Assembly (NCBI GenBank): GCA_021847485.1 | Contig: JAJZRA010000002.1 | Coordinates: forward strand, 20,078-84,077 | Length of the DNA: 64,000 nucleotides | Origin: a bacterium | GTDB lineage: Bacteria; Elusimicrobiota; Elusimicrobia; Elusimicrobiales; UBA9959 | Reading direction: 5' to 3' | Shown: piece after piece, positions 17,586 through 25,489 of the stretch | How the letters are laid out: each line of letters begins with the position of its first letter | Position numbering within the stretch: position 1 is the stretch's first letter | Notes under the pieces: model-generated | Databases searched by the model: none | Told to the model about the DNA's origin: nothing | Seen by the model: only the letters and a program-made list of their open reading frames with translations | Position numbers and translations under genes: made by a program

Positions 17586-17990
17586 TTACTTGCCGTAATG
17601 GCGGCGCAGCTCCTTGCGGTCCACGTGGGCCAGCTCGAAGTCCTGCGTCATGATCAGCGCCTTCTTGGGGCAGGTCTCCACGCACTGCGCGCAGAACACG
17701 CAGTGGTCGAGCTTCATGATGCAGTCGAACAGCTTCTTGGCCGGGGCGGCGGGCTGCCCTTCCACGGGCGCCGGGGCCGGCGGCTGGTCCTTCGAGAGCA
17801 CGATCTCGATGGCCTTGGAGGGGCACACGCGCACGCACATCTGGCAGCCTATGCACTTGTCCTGCTCGAAGGCGATGCGGCCGCGGAAGTGCGGCATGAT
17901 CCGCGCCGGCTCGAACGGGTAGGCGCAGGTGGCCGGCTTCTTGAAGAGGTGCTTTATGACTTCGCTGAAGACTCTTGCGGGTTTTTTCAT
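17586..17990 (-). CDS. 2x[4Fe-4S] ferredoxin subunit (NuoI/MbhN/HycF-like)
   Basis: CIGCQMCVRVCP and CVFCAQCVETCP motifs. Last gene of the operon. Confidence 0.85.
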   Translation of the reverse strand: MKKPARVFSEVIKHLFKKPATCAYPFEPARIMPHFRGRIAFEQDKCIGCQMCVRVCPSKAIEIVLSKDQPPAPAPVEGQPAAPAKKLFDCIMKLDHCVFCAQCVETCPKKALIMTQDFELAHVDRKELRRHYGK

Positions 17991-17994
17991 GGAG

Positions 17995-18939
17995 TTATCC
18001 TAGTTTGGACTTGAGGAAGATGTCGAAAGCCACCTGGGCCATCGCCACCGGGGCCAGGTACTTCCAGCAGAAGTTGATCATCTGCTCGATGCGGATGCGG
18101 GCCATCAGCACCTTCAGCAGCGCCAGCAGGAAGGTGATGAAGAGGGTCTTGACCAGGAACACGCCGACGCCGGCCAGCCCGGCCAGGCCCAGCGTGCCGC
18201 CCAGGAAGACCGCGTTGACCAGCGCCGCGCCGACGACGAGCTCCATGTCCACGGCCAGCAGGAAGAAGTCCAGCAGGCGGCCGGAGTACTCGGTGAACTG
18301 GCCGCCGACGATCTCGTTCTTGGCGTGCGGGATGTCGAACGGCAGGCGCTCGAGCTTGCCCTGCAGCGCGATCAGCGCCGCGCCGAAGCCCAGCAGCTGG
18401 GCCGGGATCAGCGACGGGTGCGCCGCGAAGAAGGCGGAGATCTCGGAGACGCTCCAGGAGCCGGCGAGGATGGCCGGGCCGATCAGCGCGAGCATCAGCG
18501 GCACCTCGTAGGCGAACAGCTGGGTCAGCACGCGCATCGAGCCGACGGTCGAGTAGGGGCTCGTGGAGCTCCAGCCGGCCAGGAAGAACGTCACGGTCGG
18601 GATCGTCAGCAGGTAGATCACGGCGATCAGGTCGCCCTGGAACGAGAACAGCGCTCCGGGGGTCCAGACCGGGATCGAGACCAGCGCGGTCATCACGGCG
18701 GCCATCGCGAAGAACGGCAGCGCGCGGAACATGCGGGACTCGGCGTAGTCCGGTACGATGACCTCCTTGGCCAGCAGCTTGATGAAGTCGGCGTAGGGCT
18801 GGAACCACGGAGGGCCCATGCGGTTCTGCATCACCGCGCAGAGCTTGCGGTCCACCCACTGCAGGAGCAGCCCGTAGACGGCCAGGAACAGGAAGCCCGG
18901 GAAGACGATTATGTACGCGAGGGGAAGTATGGATTCCAT
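17995..18939 (-). CDS. membrane subunit NuoH/MbhM/HycD-like
   Basis: WVDRKLCAVMQNRMGP...ADFIKLLAKE...PFDIPHAKNEIVGGQFTEYSG, the NuoH-family signature. Confidence 0.9.
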   Translation of the reverse strand: MESILPLAYIIVFPGFLFLAVYGLLLQWVDRKLCAVMQNRMGPPWFQPYADFIKLLAKEVIVPDYAESRMFRALPFFAMAAVMTALVSIPVWTPGALFSFQGDLIAVIYLLTIPTVTFFLAGWSSTSPYSTVGSMRVLTQLFAYEVPLMLALIGPAILAGSWSVSEISAFFAAHPSLIPAQLLGFGAALIALQGKLERLPFDIPHAKNEIVGGQFTEYSGRLLDFFLLAVDMELVVGAALVNAVFLGGTLGLAGLAGVGVFLVKTLFITFLLALLKVLMARIRIEQMINFCWKYLAPVAMAQVAFDIFLKSKLG

Positions 18940-18954
18940 TTAGTTGTCCTTATA

Positions 18955-20148
18955 TCACAGCCTGGTGAAGTCCACGCCGCGGCGCCTGTACTGCTCGATG
19001 CTCATCTTGCGCAGCTCCTCCCAGCCGTAGACCTGGGTCTTGCCCTTCTTGGGGTCCCAGACGGCGGCGCGGTCGGTGCAGGACATGCACGGGTCTATCG
19101 CCGCGATCACGAGCGGCACGTCGGCCAGCCAGCCGCCCTCGAGCATGTACGCCACGCTCTGCAGGTTGGCCAGGGTGGGGGCGCGCACCTTCAGGCGCTC
19201 GGGCTTGTCGGTGCCGTTGGACTTCAGGTAGTGGATGTCCTCGCCGCGCGGGGCCTCGTAGTGGTTGACGGCCTCGCCGGGGGCGATGCGCATGGGCACC
19301 TTCACGGCTATCGGGCCCTCGGGCAGGTTGTTGAGGATCTGCTCGATCATCTTGTACGACTCCACGAGCTCCAGCGCGCGCACGACCAGGCGGCCGAAGA
19401 CGTCGCAGGAGTCGTGCGTGATCACCTTAAAGTCGAGCTCGTTGTAGATCAGGTAGGGCTCGTCCTTGCGGACGTCGCGGGCCAGGCCCGAGGCGCGGGC
19501 CGTGGGGCCCACCGCGCCGCGCTCTATGGCCACGTCGAGCGGGAGCTTGCCCACGTTCTGCGTGCGGGCGAGCACGGTCGGCTCCTCGGTGGCGAGCTTG
19601 ATGTAGTAGTTGGTCCTCTCCTTGAGGTACTGGATGCGCTTCAAGACCTCGGCCTTCTGCTCGGCCGTGATGTCGCGGCGCACGCCGCCGAGGGTGTTGA
19701 TGGAATAGTGCACGCGGTTGCCGGAGAGGAGCTCGAGGCAGTCGAGCACCTGCTCGCGGTCGCGCCAGGTGTACATGAACAGCGTCTCGAAGCCCATCTC
19801 GTAGCCGGCGACGCCCAGCCACAGCAGGTGGCTGTGCACGCGCTCGAGCTCGCCGAACAGCGCGCGGATAGCGAGCGCCCGCTTGGGGGTCTCGGCCTTG
19901 GCGAGCTCCTCGACGTTGGTGATGTAGCAGGTCGTGTGCGAGTGGGAGCAGATGCCGCAGACGCGCTCGATCAGGTAGAGGTCCTGGATATAGGTGCGTT
20001 CCTCGGCGGCCTTCTCCATGCCGCGGTGATTATAGCCCAGGTTGACGGTCGCGCCGGAGATCTGCTCGCCTTCCAGGACGAGCATGAAGTTCTCCGGCTC
20101 CTTGAGGGCGGGATGCTGGGGGCCCAGCGGGATGGTGATCTTGGACAT
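18955..20148 (-). CDS. group 4 [NiFe]-hydrogenase large subunit (NuoD homologue with both Ni-binding Cys pairs)
   Basis: RVCGICSHSH (Cys64/Cys67) and DPCMSCTDR near the C-terminus, followed by a 37-aa tail. Confidence 0.9.
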   Translation of the reverse strand: MSKITIPLGPQHPALKEPENFMLVLEGEQISGATVNLGYNHRGMEKAAEERTYIQDLYLIERVCGICSHSHTTCYITNVEELAKAETPKRALAIRALFGELERVHSHLLWLGVAGYEMGFETLFMYTWRDREQVLDCLELLSGNRVHYSINTLGGVRRDITAEQKAEVLKRIQYLKERTNYYIKLATEEPTVLARTQNVGKLPLDVAIERGAVGPTARASGLARDVRKDEPYLIYNELDFKVITHDSCDVFGRLVVRALELVESYKMIEQILNNLPEGPIAVKVPMRIAPGEAVNHYEAPRGEDIHYLKSNGTDKPERLKVRAPTLANLQSVAYMLEGGWLADVPLVIAAIDPCMSCTDRAAVWDPKKGKTQVYGWEELRKMSIEQYRRRGVDFTRL

Positions 20149-20624
20149 TATTTGGCCTCCGTTTCGTTGGCGGGCGGGACGAACTTCCAGTCCTTGCGCA
20201 GCGGGTACTGGTCGGTCGGGAAATCCTCGGGCAGCGGGTAGCGGCGGCCGGGCGGCAGGCCGGCGATCTTGATGCCGAGCATGTCCTCGAGCTCGCGCTC
20301 GTAGGACAGCGCGCCCGGGAACGACGCCAGCACGGACGGGAGGGACGGGTTGGCGCGCGGCGTGCGGACCTTCACGTTGACGATCATCTTGGTGTCGGTC
20401 GCGTGGTAGTAGGCGCCCAGGTTCTCCCCCTCGTCGAAGCCGGTCACGGTGGCGAGGTGGTCGAAGCCTTCGGCCTTCAGCCAGGCCATCAGCTCCGGGA
20501 GCTTCTCCGGGGCCACCTCGAGCCAGACGCGGTTCCTGCGCTGGACCAGGGCGTTGGAGACCGCGCCTGCGAAGCGGGCCTCGATGTCGGACTTTACCTT
20601 TTCTTCTCTGGCGAGATCGGTCAT
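20148..20624 (-). CDS. NuoC/MbhK-like subunit
   Basis: 158 aa, with the ...SYERELEDMLGIKIAG.P... motif typical of NuoC-type 30-kDa subunits. Confidence 0.85.
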   Translation of the reverse strand: MTDLAREEKVKSDIEARFAGAVSNALVQRRNRVWLEVAPEKLPELMAWLKAEGFDHLATVTGFDEGENLGAYYHATDTKMIVNVKVRTPRANPSLPSVLASFPGALSYERELEDMLGIKIAGLPPGRRYPLPEDFPTDQYPLRKDWKFVPPANETEAK

Positions 20625-20634
20625 TATGGGTTCC

Positions 20635-21072
20635 TCACTTCTTGCCTTCGACGCTCTGGATCAGCTTGACGACGCCGTCGATGATGGCCTCGGGGCGCAC
20701 GGGGCAGCCCGGGATGTAGACCGAGACCGGCAGCGTCTTGTCGACGCCGGGGATGACGCCGTAGCAGCCGTTGAAGACGCCGCCCGAGCAGCCGCAGGCG
20801 CCGACGGCCATCACGAACTTGGGCTCCGGCATCTGGTCGTAGATCGTCTTCAGGCGCTTGGCCTGCTGGCGGGTCACTGGGCCGCTGACCACGAGGATGT
20901 CGGCGTGGCGCGGCGTGGCCTTCAGGACCATGCCGAAGCGCTCCACGTCGTACTTCGGGGTCAGCGCGTCCACTATCTCGATGTCGCAGCCGTTGCAGGC
21001 GCCGGAATTGAAATGCAGGATCCACGGCGATTTCAGCAGCGACCAGGTTATCAGTTTGTCGAATGTTTTCAT
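20635..21072 (-). CDS. hydrogenase small subunit / NuoB-like (one [4Fe-4S])
   Basis: ATG 21072 (track start 21084 is a TTG). Motifs GACNGCD, VGACGCSGG, IPGCPVRP. Confidence 0.85.
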   Translation of the reverse strand: MKTFDKLITWSLLKSPWILHFNSGACNGCDIEIVDALTPKYDVERFGMVLKATPRHADILVVSGPVTRQQAKRLKTIYDQMPEPKFVMAVGACGCSGGVFNGCYGVIPGVDKTLPVSVYIPGCPVRPEAIIDGVVKLIQSVEGKK

Positions 21073-21076
21073 GTTC

Positions 21077-21418
21077 TTATCCAACGAAGAGGATCGCGAG
21101 GATGACGACTACGGCCGCTATATAGCCTCCCACCAGCTCGATGCCGGCGGACAGCGGGTTGAAGCTCCAGGTGGCGAGCATCAGGCCCGCCACGTGCAGC
21201 AGCGTAAAGAAGATCGCGAACGGGAAGAAGACCTGATAGTCGGGGACGGCCCGGGCCTGCTCCTCGGGGACTTCCTCGCCGCAGCCGTAGGCCTTGTGCT
21301 TGGCGGAGCCGGGCACGCGGGCCGGCTTGGCGGCCAGCGGGCTCAGCAGCGCGGACAGGCCCATCACGAACAGCAGCGAGATGACGAACACGACCGGAGG
21401 GAAGAGGAGTATTTCCAT
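21077..21418 (-). CDS. small membrane subunit, NuoA/MbhI-like
   Basis: 3 TM helices. AYGCGEE...FFPFAIFFTLLHVAG resembles the NuoA YECGF...F.IFD core. Confidence 0.7.
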   Translation of the reverse strand: MEILLFPPVVFVISLLFVMGLSALLSPLAAKPARVPGSAKHKAYGCGEEVPEEQARAVPDYQVFFPFAIFFTLLHVAGLMLATWSFNPLSAGIELVGGYIAAVVVILAILFVG

Positions 21419-21422
21419 GGGG

Positions 21423-21728
21423 TTATCCTTTGAGGCTGTCGAGCTTCCAGATGTCGGCCGAGCCCTTCACGCGGAAGTTCTTGACCAGCAGCGCCAGGCC
21501 CGCGGCCACCACGACGACCTCGATCACGATCATCGTGATCAGCAGCGCCTGCGCGAAGACGAGGTTGGCCGTCAGCGCGCCGGCGGAGATCACCGTCAGC
21601 ATCGCGGCCTTGGAGACGATCTCCAGCCCGATGAGCTGGCGGACGATGCTGCGGGAGGCCAGCATGCAGTAGAAGCCGGCGAACAGCAGCAGGGCTATCA
21701 TGTACCAGTCGAAAGCGAAGACGCTCAT
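21423..21728 (-). CDS. small membrane subunit, NuoK/MnhC/MbhG-like
   Basis: Internal ATG of track ORF 21423..22163 (ATGA overlap with the upstream stop). 101 aa, 3 TM helices, LIGLEIVSKA motif. Confidence 0.75.
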   Translation of the reverse strand: MSVFAFDWYMIALLLFAGFYCMLASRSIVRQLIGLEIVSKAAMLTVISAGALTANLVFAQALLITMIVIEVVVVAAGLALLVKNFRVKGSADIWKLDSLKG

Positions 21729-22210
21729 TTCTCGGTCCTCCTCGGGAACACCGACTTGATGACGAACACGCCGGCCGCCAGCATCAGCACCTGGCCGAGC
21801 AGGTCCGGGCGGCGCAGGTCCCACAGGGCCAGGCCGATCGTGCCGCCGCCGGAGGCCATGCGCCTCCAGCCGGCCAGCGCGTCGAAGAACTCCGGCAGGT
21901 AGAACCAGGCCGCTATCGCGAAGGCCGCGAGGGCCAGCGGCAGCGCGTAGAAGCGCGCGCGGCTCTCGGGGTGCTTCTCGTCCTCGTGGCGGATCAGGCT
22001 GACCGCGCCCACGAAGAGGACCGTGATCAGGCCGGCGCAGACCGACAGCTCGAACACGCCGGCCCACGGGGCGCCGAGGTTGAAGAAGATCAGCGAGACG
22101 GTCACGCTGACCAGCGCGAGCATGATCGCGCTCGTCAGCAGCCTGCGGGCCATGACGGCCCACATCGCGAAGACGACCGCGGCCGCGAACAGCAGGGCGT
22201 GGTAGATCAT
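21725..22210 (-). CDS. membrane subunit, NuoJ/MbhD-E-like
   Basis: 161 aa. LTSAIMLALVSVTVSLIFFNLGAPWAGVFELSVCAGLITVLFVGAVSL resembles the NuoJ core. Confidence 0.7.
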   Translation of the reverse strand: MIYHALLFAAAVVFAMWAVMARRLLTSAIMLALVSVTVSLIFFNLGAPWAGVFELSVCAGLITVLFVGAVSLIRHEDEKHPESRARFYALPLALAAFAIAAWFYLPEFFDALAGWRRMASGGGTIGLALWDLRRPDLLGQVLMLAAGVFVIKSVFPRRTEK

Positions 22211-23637
22211 AGTATTATCCTTTCAGCCACCATCTTGACGTAGGTGTAGAAGTACGGGAACAGCAGGCCGAGGGCCACGATGACGGCGCTCATCAGCACC
22301 GCCGGCGCCAGCAGCGGCGCGGAGACCTCGGGCGAGCTCTCGGCGGCCTGGCTCTTGCGGCCGAAGAAGACCTTCTTCTGCATCATCATGAAGTAGGCCA
22401 GCGTCACGATGCTGAACAGCAGCGCGAGCACGGCGTAGGTCTTCAGGCCGGCCTCCCAGAGGGCCAGGATGATCAGCAGCTTGCTCCAGAAGCCGGACAG
22501 CGGCGGCACGCCGGCGGTGGACAGCAGCGCGACGACCGAGGTCCAGGAGGTCCAGGGCATCGAGTGCTCCATCCCCCCCAGCTTCTCCATGTCGGTGGTG
22601 CCGGCGGACTTCTCGAGGCTCGCGCTGTTGAGGAACAGCACGGTCTTGAAGGTGGCGTGGTTGAACAGGTGGAAGATCGCGCCCATGACGGCGAGCGGCG
22701 TGCCGAGGCCGGCCGCGAGCACGATGTAGCCGACCTGGCTGATGCTGGAGAAGGCCAGCATGCGCTTGAAGTCGGTCTGCTTGAGCGCGGCCAGCGCGCC
22801 CACGGCTATCGACAGCATGCCGAGGAACATCAGGATCCCGGACAGGGCCTGCGCCCGGCCGTCGAAGAAGCGCAGCAGCGTCGCCAGCTTGATGATCGCG
22901 TAGACGCCGGAGATCTTCGTCACGATGCCGGCCAGGTGGGCCGAGACCGGGGCGTAGGCGCCCTGGTAGGCGTCGGGCGTCCACGTGTGGAACGGCACGA
23001 CGCCGGCCTTGATGATGAAGCCCAGCATGATCAGCGCCGCTCCGAACGTCACCGGGCCGGACGGGATGTCCGAGGCCATGAAGACGCGCAGCGCGTCGAA
23101 GGACAGGCTGCCCAGCGACAGCATCAGGACCGAGATGCCGGCGATGATCAGCGCGGAGGCCGGGAAGGTCAGGAAGAAGTACTTCAGCGCGCCCTCGAGG
23201 CCGGCGCCGGAGTCGTCGGTCGTGATCAGCGCGAACGACGTCACCGCGAGCACCTCGATGAAGACGTAAAGCGTGAAGAAGTCGGTGGTCGTGACCACGC
23301 CGGTCATCGCCGCCACCGAGACGAGGATCAGCGAGTAGTAGGCCTGCCGGTTAGGGAGCTTCTCGTCCAGGAACCACGCGGAGAAGAAGGTCACGCAGAG
23401 GCCGACCAGGTAGACCGCCGAGACCAGCAGCAGCGAGAACCCGTCGCCCGGGATGTCGGCGAAGCCGCCGGCGATCACGGAGGGCCGCAGCGCCAGCCAC
23501 AGCAGGTTGACGAGCCCGGCCAGCAGCGTGACGTTGGCCAGCAGGTCGGCCAGCTTCGGCCGGTTGCGCGCGGCGAACGGTATGACGACCGCGCTCAGCA
23601 GCGGGATCAGGAGGTAAGCCAGAAGTCCCTTATCCAT
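22207..23637 (-). CDS. antiporter-like subunit (NuoN/M, MrpD, MbhH family)
   Basis: ATG 23637 with GGAGGA RBS (track start 23655 is a TTG). Proton_antipo_M-type core ...PFHTWTPDAYQGA... Confidence 0.85.
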   Translation of the reverse strand: MDKGLLAYLLIPLLSAVVIPFAARNRPKLADLLANVTLLAGLVNLLWLALRPSVIAGGFADIPGDGFSLLLVSAVYLVGLCVTFFSAWFLDEKLPNRQAYYSLILVSVAAMTGVVTTTDFFTLYVFIEVLAVTSFALITTDDSGAGLEGALKYFFLTFPASALIIAGISVLMLSLGSLSFDALRVFMASDIPSGPVTFGAALIMLGFIIKAGVVPFHTWTPDAYQGAYAPVSAHLAGIVTKISGVYAIIKLATLLRFFDGRAQALSGILMFLGMLSIAVGALAALKQTDFKRMLAFSSISQVGYIVLAAGLGTPLAVMGAIFHLFNHATFKTVLFLNSASLEKSAGTTDMEKLGGMEHSMPWTSWTSVVALLSTAGVPPLSGFWSKLLIILALWEAGLKTYAVLALLFSIVTLAYFMMMQKKVFFGRKSQAAESSPEVSAPLLAPAVLMSAVIVALGLLFPYFYTYVKMVAERIIL

Positions 23638-23638
23638 G

Positions 23639-25489
23639 TTATTTAAGTCCTCCAACCAGCAGGATGTAAACGACGGCGCCCAGCAGGGTCAGGGCCAGGT
23701 AGAGCGGGTAGGAGCCGTTGTGGAAGCCGCGCGAGACGCGGCTGAAGAAGCCCGCGGTGGAACTGGGCGCGGTGTCGATGACCCAGTCGAAGAAGCGGTC
23801 CGCCCGGTAGAGCGTCCTGGAGAAGAGCGGGACCGCGCGGTCCATGCCCTGCTCGTAGATGTCGAACGCGCGCTTTTCGGCCAGCGCGTAGGCTTCCTTC
23901 AGCACCGGGGCGTAGTGGATGTGGTCGGAGGCCTTGTCCGCCTTCCCCCCGCCGTAGGCCAGGCCCAGCATGTGGTTGACCACCGCCGCCAGGATCACTA
24001 TCACGGAGAGGAAGTAGAGCTTGTCCGGGTGGAAGCCGGCCAGGTAAGGATGCGGGATGTTCAGCCCGGCGAGCGCCGGAGAGATGAACAGGTTTATCGG
24101 CAGGCTGGCTCCGAAGCCGAAGGCCACGCAGACGGCGGCGAGGGCCAGCATCGGCAGCAGCATCGAGAACGGCGCTTCCTTGACGTCGCGCAGTTCCTCG
24201 GGGCGCCTGCCGAAGAAGACCGAGTGGCCCAGCTTCAGGAACGAGGCCAGCGTAAGGAAGGAGCCGAGCTCGGCCGCCAGGAAGAACACGGTGTAGCCTG
24301 TCTCGAGGGAGCCCTTGTAGACGAGCTCCTTCGAGAAGAAGCCGTTCAGCGGGGCTATGCCCGAGATGGCCGCGGCCGCTATGACGAAGCAGAGGACGGT
24401 CACCGGCATCGCGCGCCAGAGGCCGCCGAGTTTCGTCAGGTCGGTCGTGCCGGCCTGGCGCTCCACGGAGCCCGAGGTCATGAACAGGCAGGACTTGTAG
24501 GTCGCGTGGTTGATCATGTGGAACAGGCCGCCCGCTATACCTATGGGGTTCAGCGTGCCGATGCCCAGGATCATGTAGCCGGTCTGGCTGACCGCGTGGT
24601 ACGAGAGCAGGCGCTTGTAGTCCTTCTGCACGAAGGCCATCATCACGGCGACGAGGATCGTCACCGCGCCGAGGGTCATCAGGACCAGCGACATCGCGTT
24701 GTTGAGCTGGAACAGGTAGACGCTGGCGCGGGCCAGGAAATAGATGCCGAGCAGCTTGTCGATCGCGGCCGGGACGTAGGCCATGAACGGCGCGGAGGAG
24801 TCGGTGGCGGCGTCCGGGATCCAGGTGTGGAACGGGAACGCGCCGGCCTTGGCCACGGCGCCTATCAGCAGCAGCACGTAGGCGAACACGCTCCAGCCGT
24901 AGTCGAGCGTCAGCTTGTTGTGCGAGATCTCGCTCATGCTCATCGTGCCGGCGATGTAGCCGGTGATCGTGATGCCCACGAGCAGGCAGACGTCGGTAGC
25001 GCCGTTGATGAGGAAGGCCTTCATCGCGGTGCGCTTGGCCTCGCGGGTATCCTGCGAGAGCGCTATGAAGGTATAGAGGAAGATCAGCAGGCCTTCCCAG
25101 AAGAACAGCATCGCTATCAGGTTGTCGGCCAGCGCCGCGCCGGCCGCGAAGGCCTGCGTCATCAGCAGGTTGAAGAAGAACCACTTGGACGGACCTTTCT
25201 TCGGCAGGCTGAACGAGTACAGCGCGATCGCCGCGGAGAACAGCGAGACCGCCAGCAGCAGGAACGCGCTGAGCTGGTCGGCGCGCAGCGTGAAGACCGC
25301 CGCCGTCCCGAACCAGCGCCAGCTCAGCATGTCGGGCGGCTGCAGGAAGACGTTGGCCGCCGCCAGCAGCGAGACGAGCGCGGCGCCGGACGCCAGGAGC
25401 TCCTTGAGGTACTTGGTCCTCTCGCTGATGAGCAGCAGCGCCAGGGCCGTGACGACCGGGAGGACTATCGGGATGAGTATCAGGTTCAT
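23639..25489 (-). CDS. antiporter-like subunit, long form (NuoL/MrpA-like)
   Basis: Internal ATG 25489 of track ORF 23639..25816 (ATGA overlap with the upstream stop). 616 aa. FPFHTWIPDAATDSSAPFMAY core. Confidence 0.85.
   Translation of the reverse strand: MNLILIPIVLPVVTALALLLISERTKYLKELLASGAALVSLLAAANVFLQPPDMLSWRWFGTAAVFTLRADQLSAFLLLAVSLFSAAIALYSFSLPKKGPSKWFFFNLLMTQAFAAGAALADNLIAMLFFWEGLLIFLYTFIALSQDTREAKRTAMKAFLINGATDVCLLVGITITGYIAGTMSMSEISHNKLTLDYGWSVFAYVLLLIGAVAKAGAFPFHTWIPDAATDSSAPFMAYVPAAIDKLLGIYFLARASVYLFQLNNAMSLVLMTLGAVTILVAVMMAFVQKDYKRLLSYHAVSQTGYMILGIGTLNPIGIAGGLFHMINHATYKSCLFMTSGSVERQAGTTDLTKLGGLWRAMPVTVLCFVIAAAAISGIAPLNGFFSKELVYKGSLETGYTVFFLAAELGSFLTLASFLKLGHSVFFGRRPEELRDVKEAPFSMLLPMLALAAVCVAFGFGASLPINLFISPALAGLNIPHPYLAGFHPDKLYFLSVIVILAAVVNHMLGLAYGGGKADKASDHIHYAPVLKEAYALAEKRAFDIYEQGMDRAVPLFSRTLYRADRFFDWVIDTAPSSTAGFFSRVSRGFHNGSYPLYLALTLLGAVVYILLVGGLK

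Noticed and set aside
17497-17856. 119-aa minus-strand ORF overlapping the NuoI-like gene in another frame. Similar alternative-frame ORFs occur at 20624..21025, 22223..22984, 23643..25184, 26435..26941, 27261..28121 and 39000..40502.
   Set aside because: They are out-of-frame overlaps of genes with clear signatures. They are R/P/G/A-rich and carry no independent start signals.
18955-20148. Calling the operon an ordinary 11-subunit NADH/ferredoxin:quinone oxidoreductase (complex I).
   Set aside because: The NuoD homologue retains both CxxC Ni-ligand pairs (RVCGICSHSH, DPCMSCTDR). The gene order is Mbh-like, so a hydrogenase assignment fits better.
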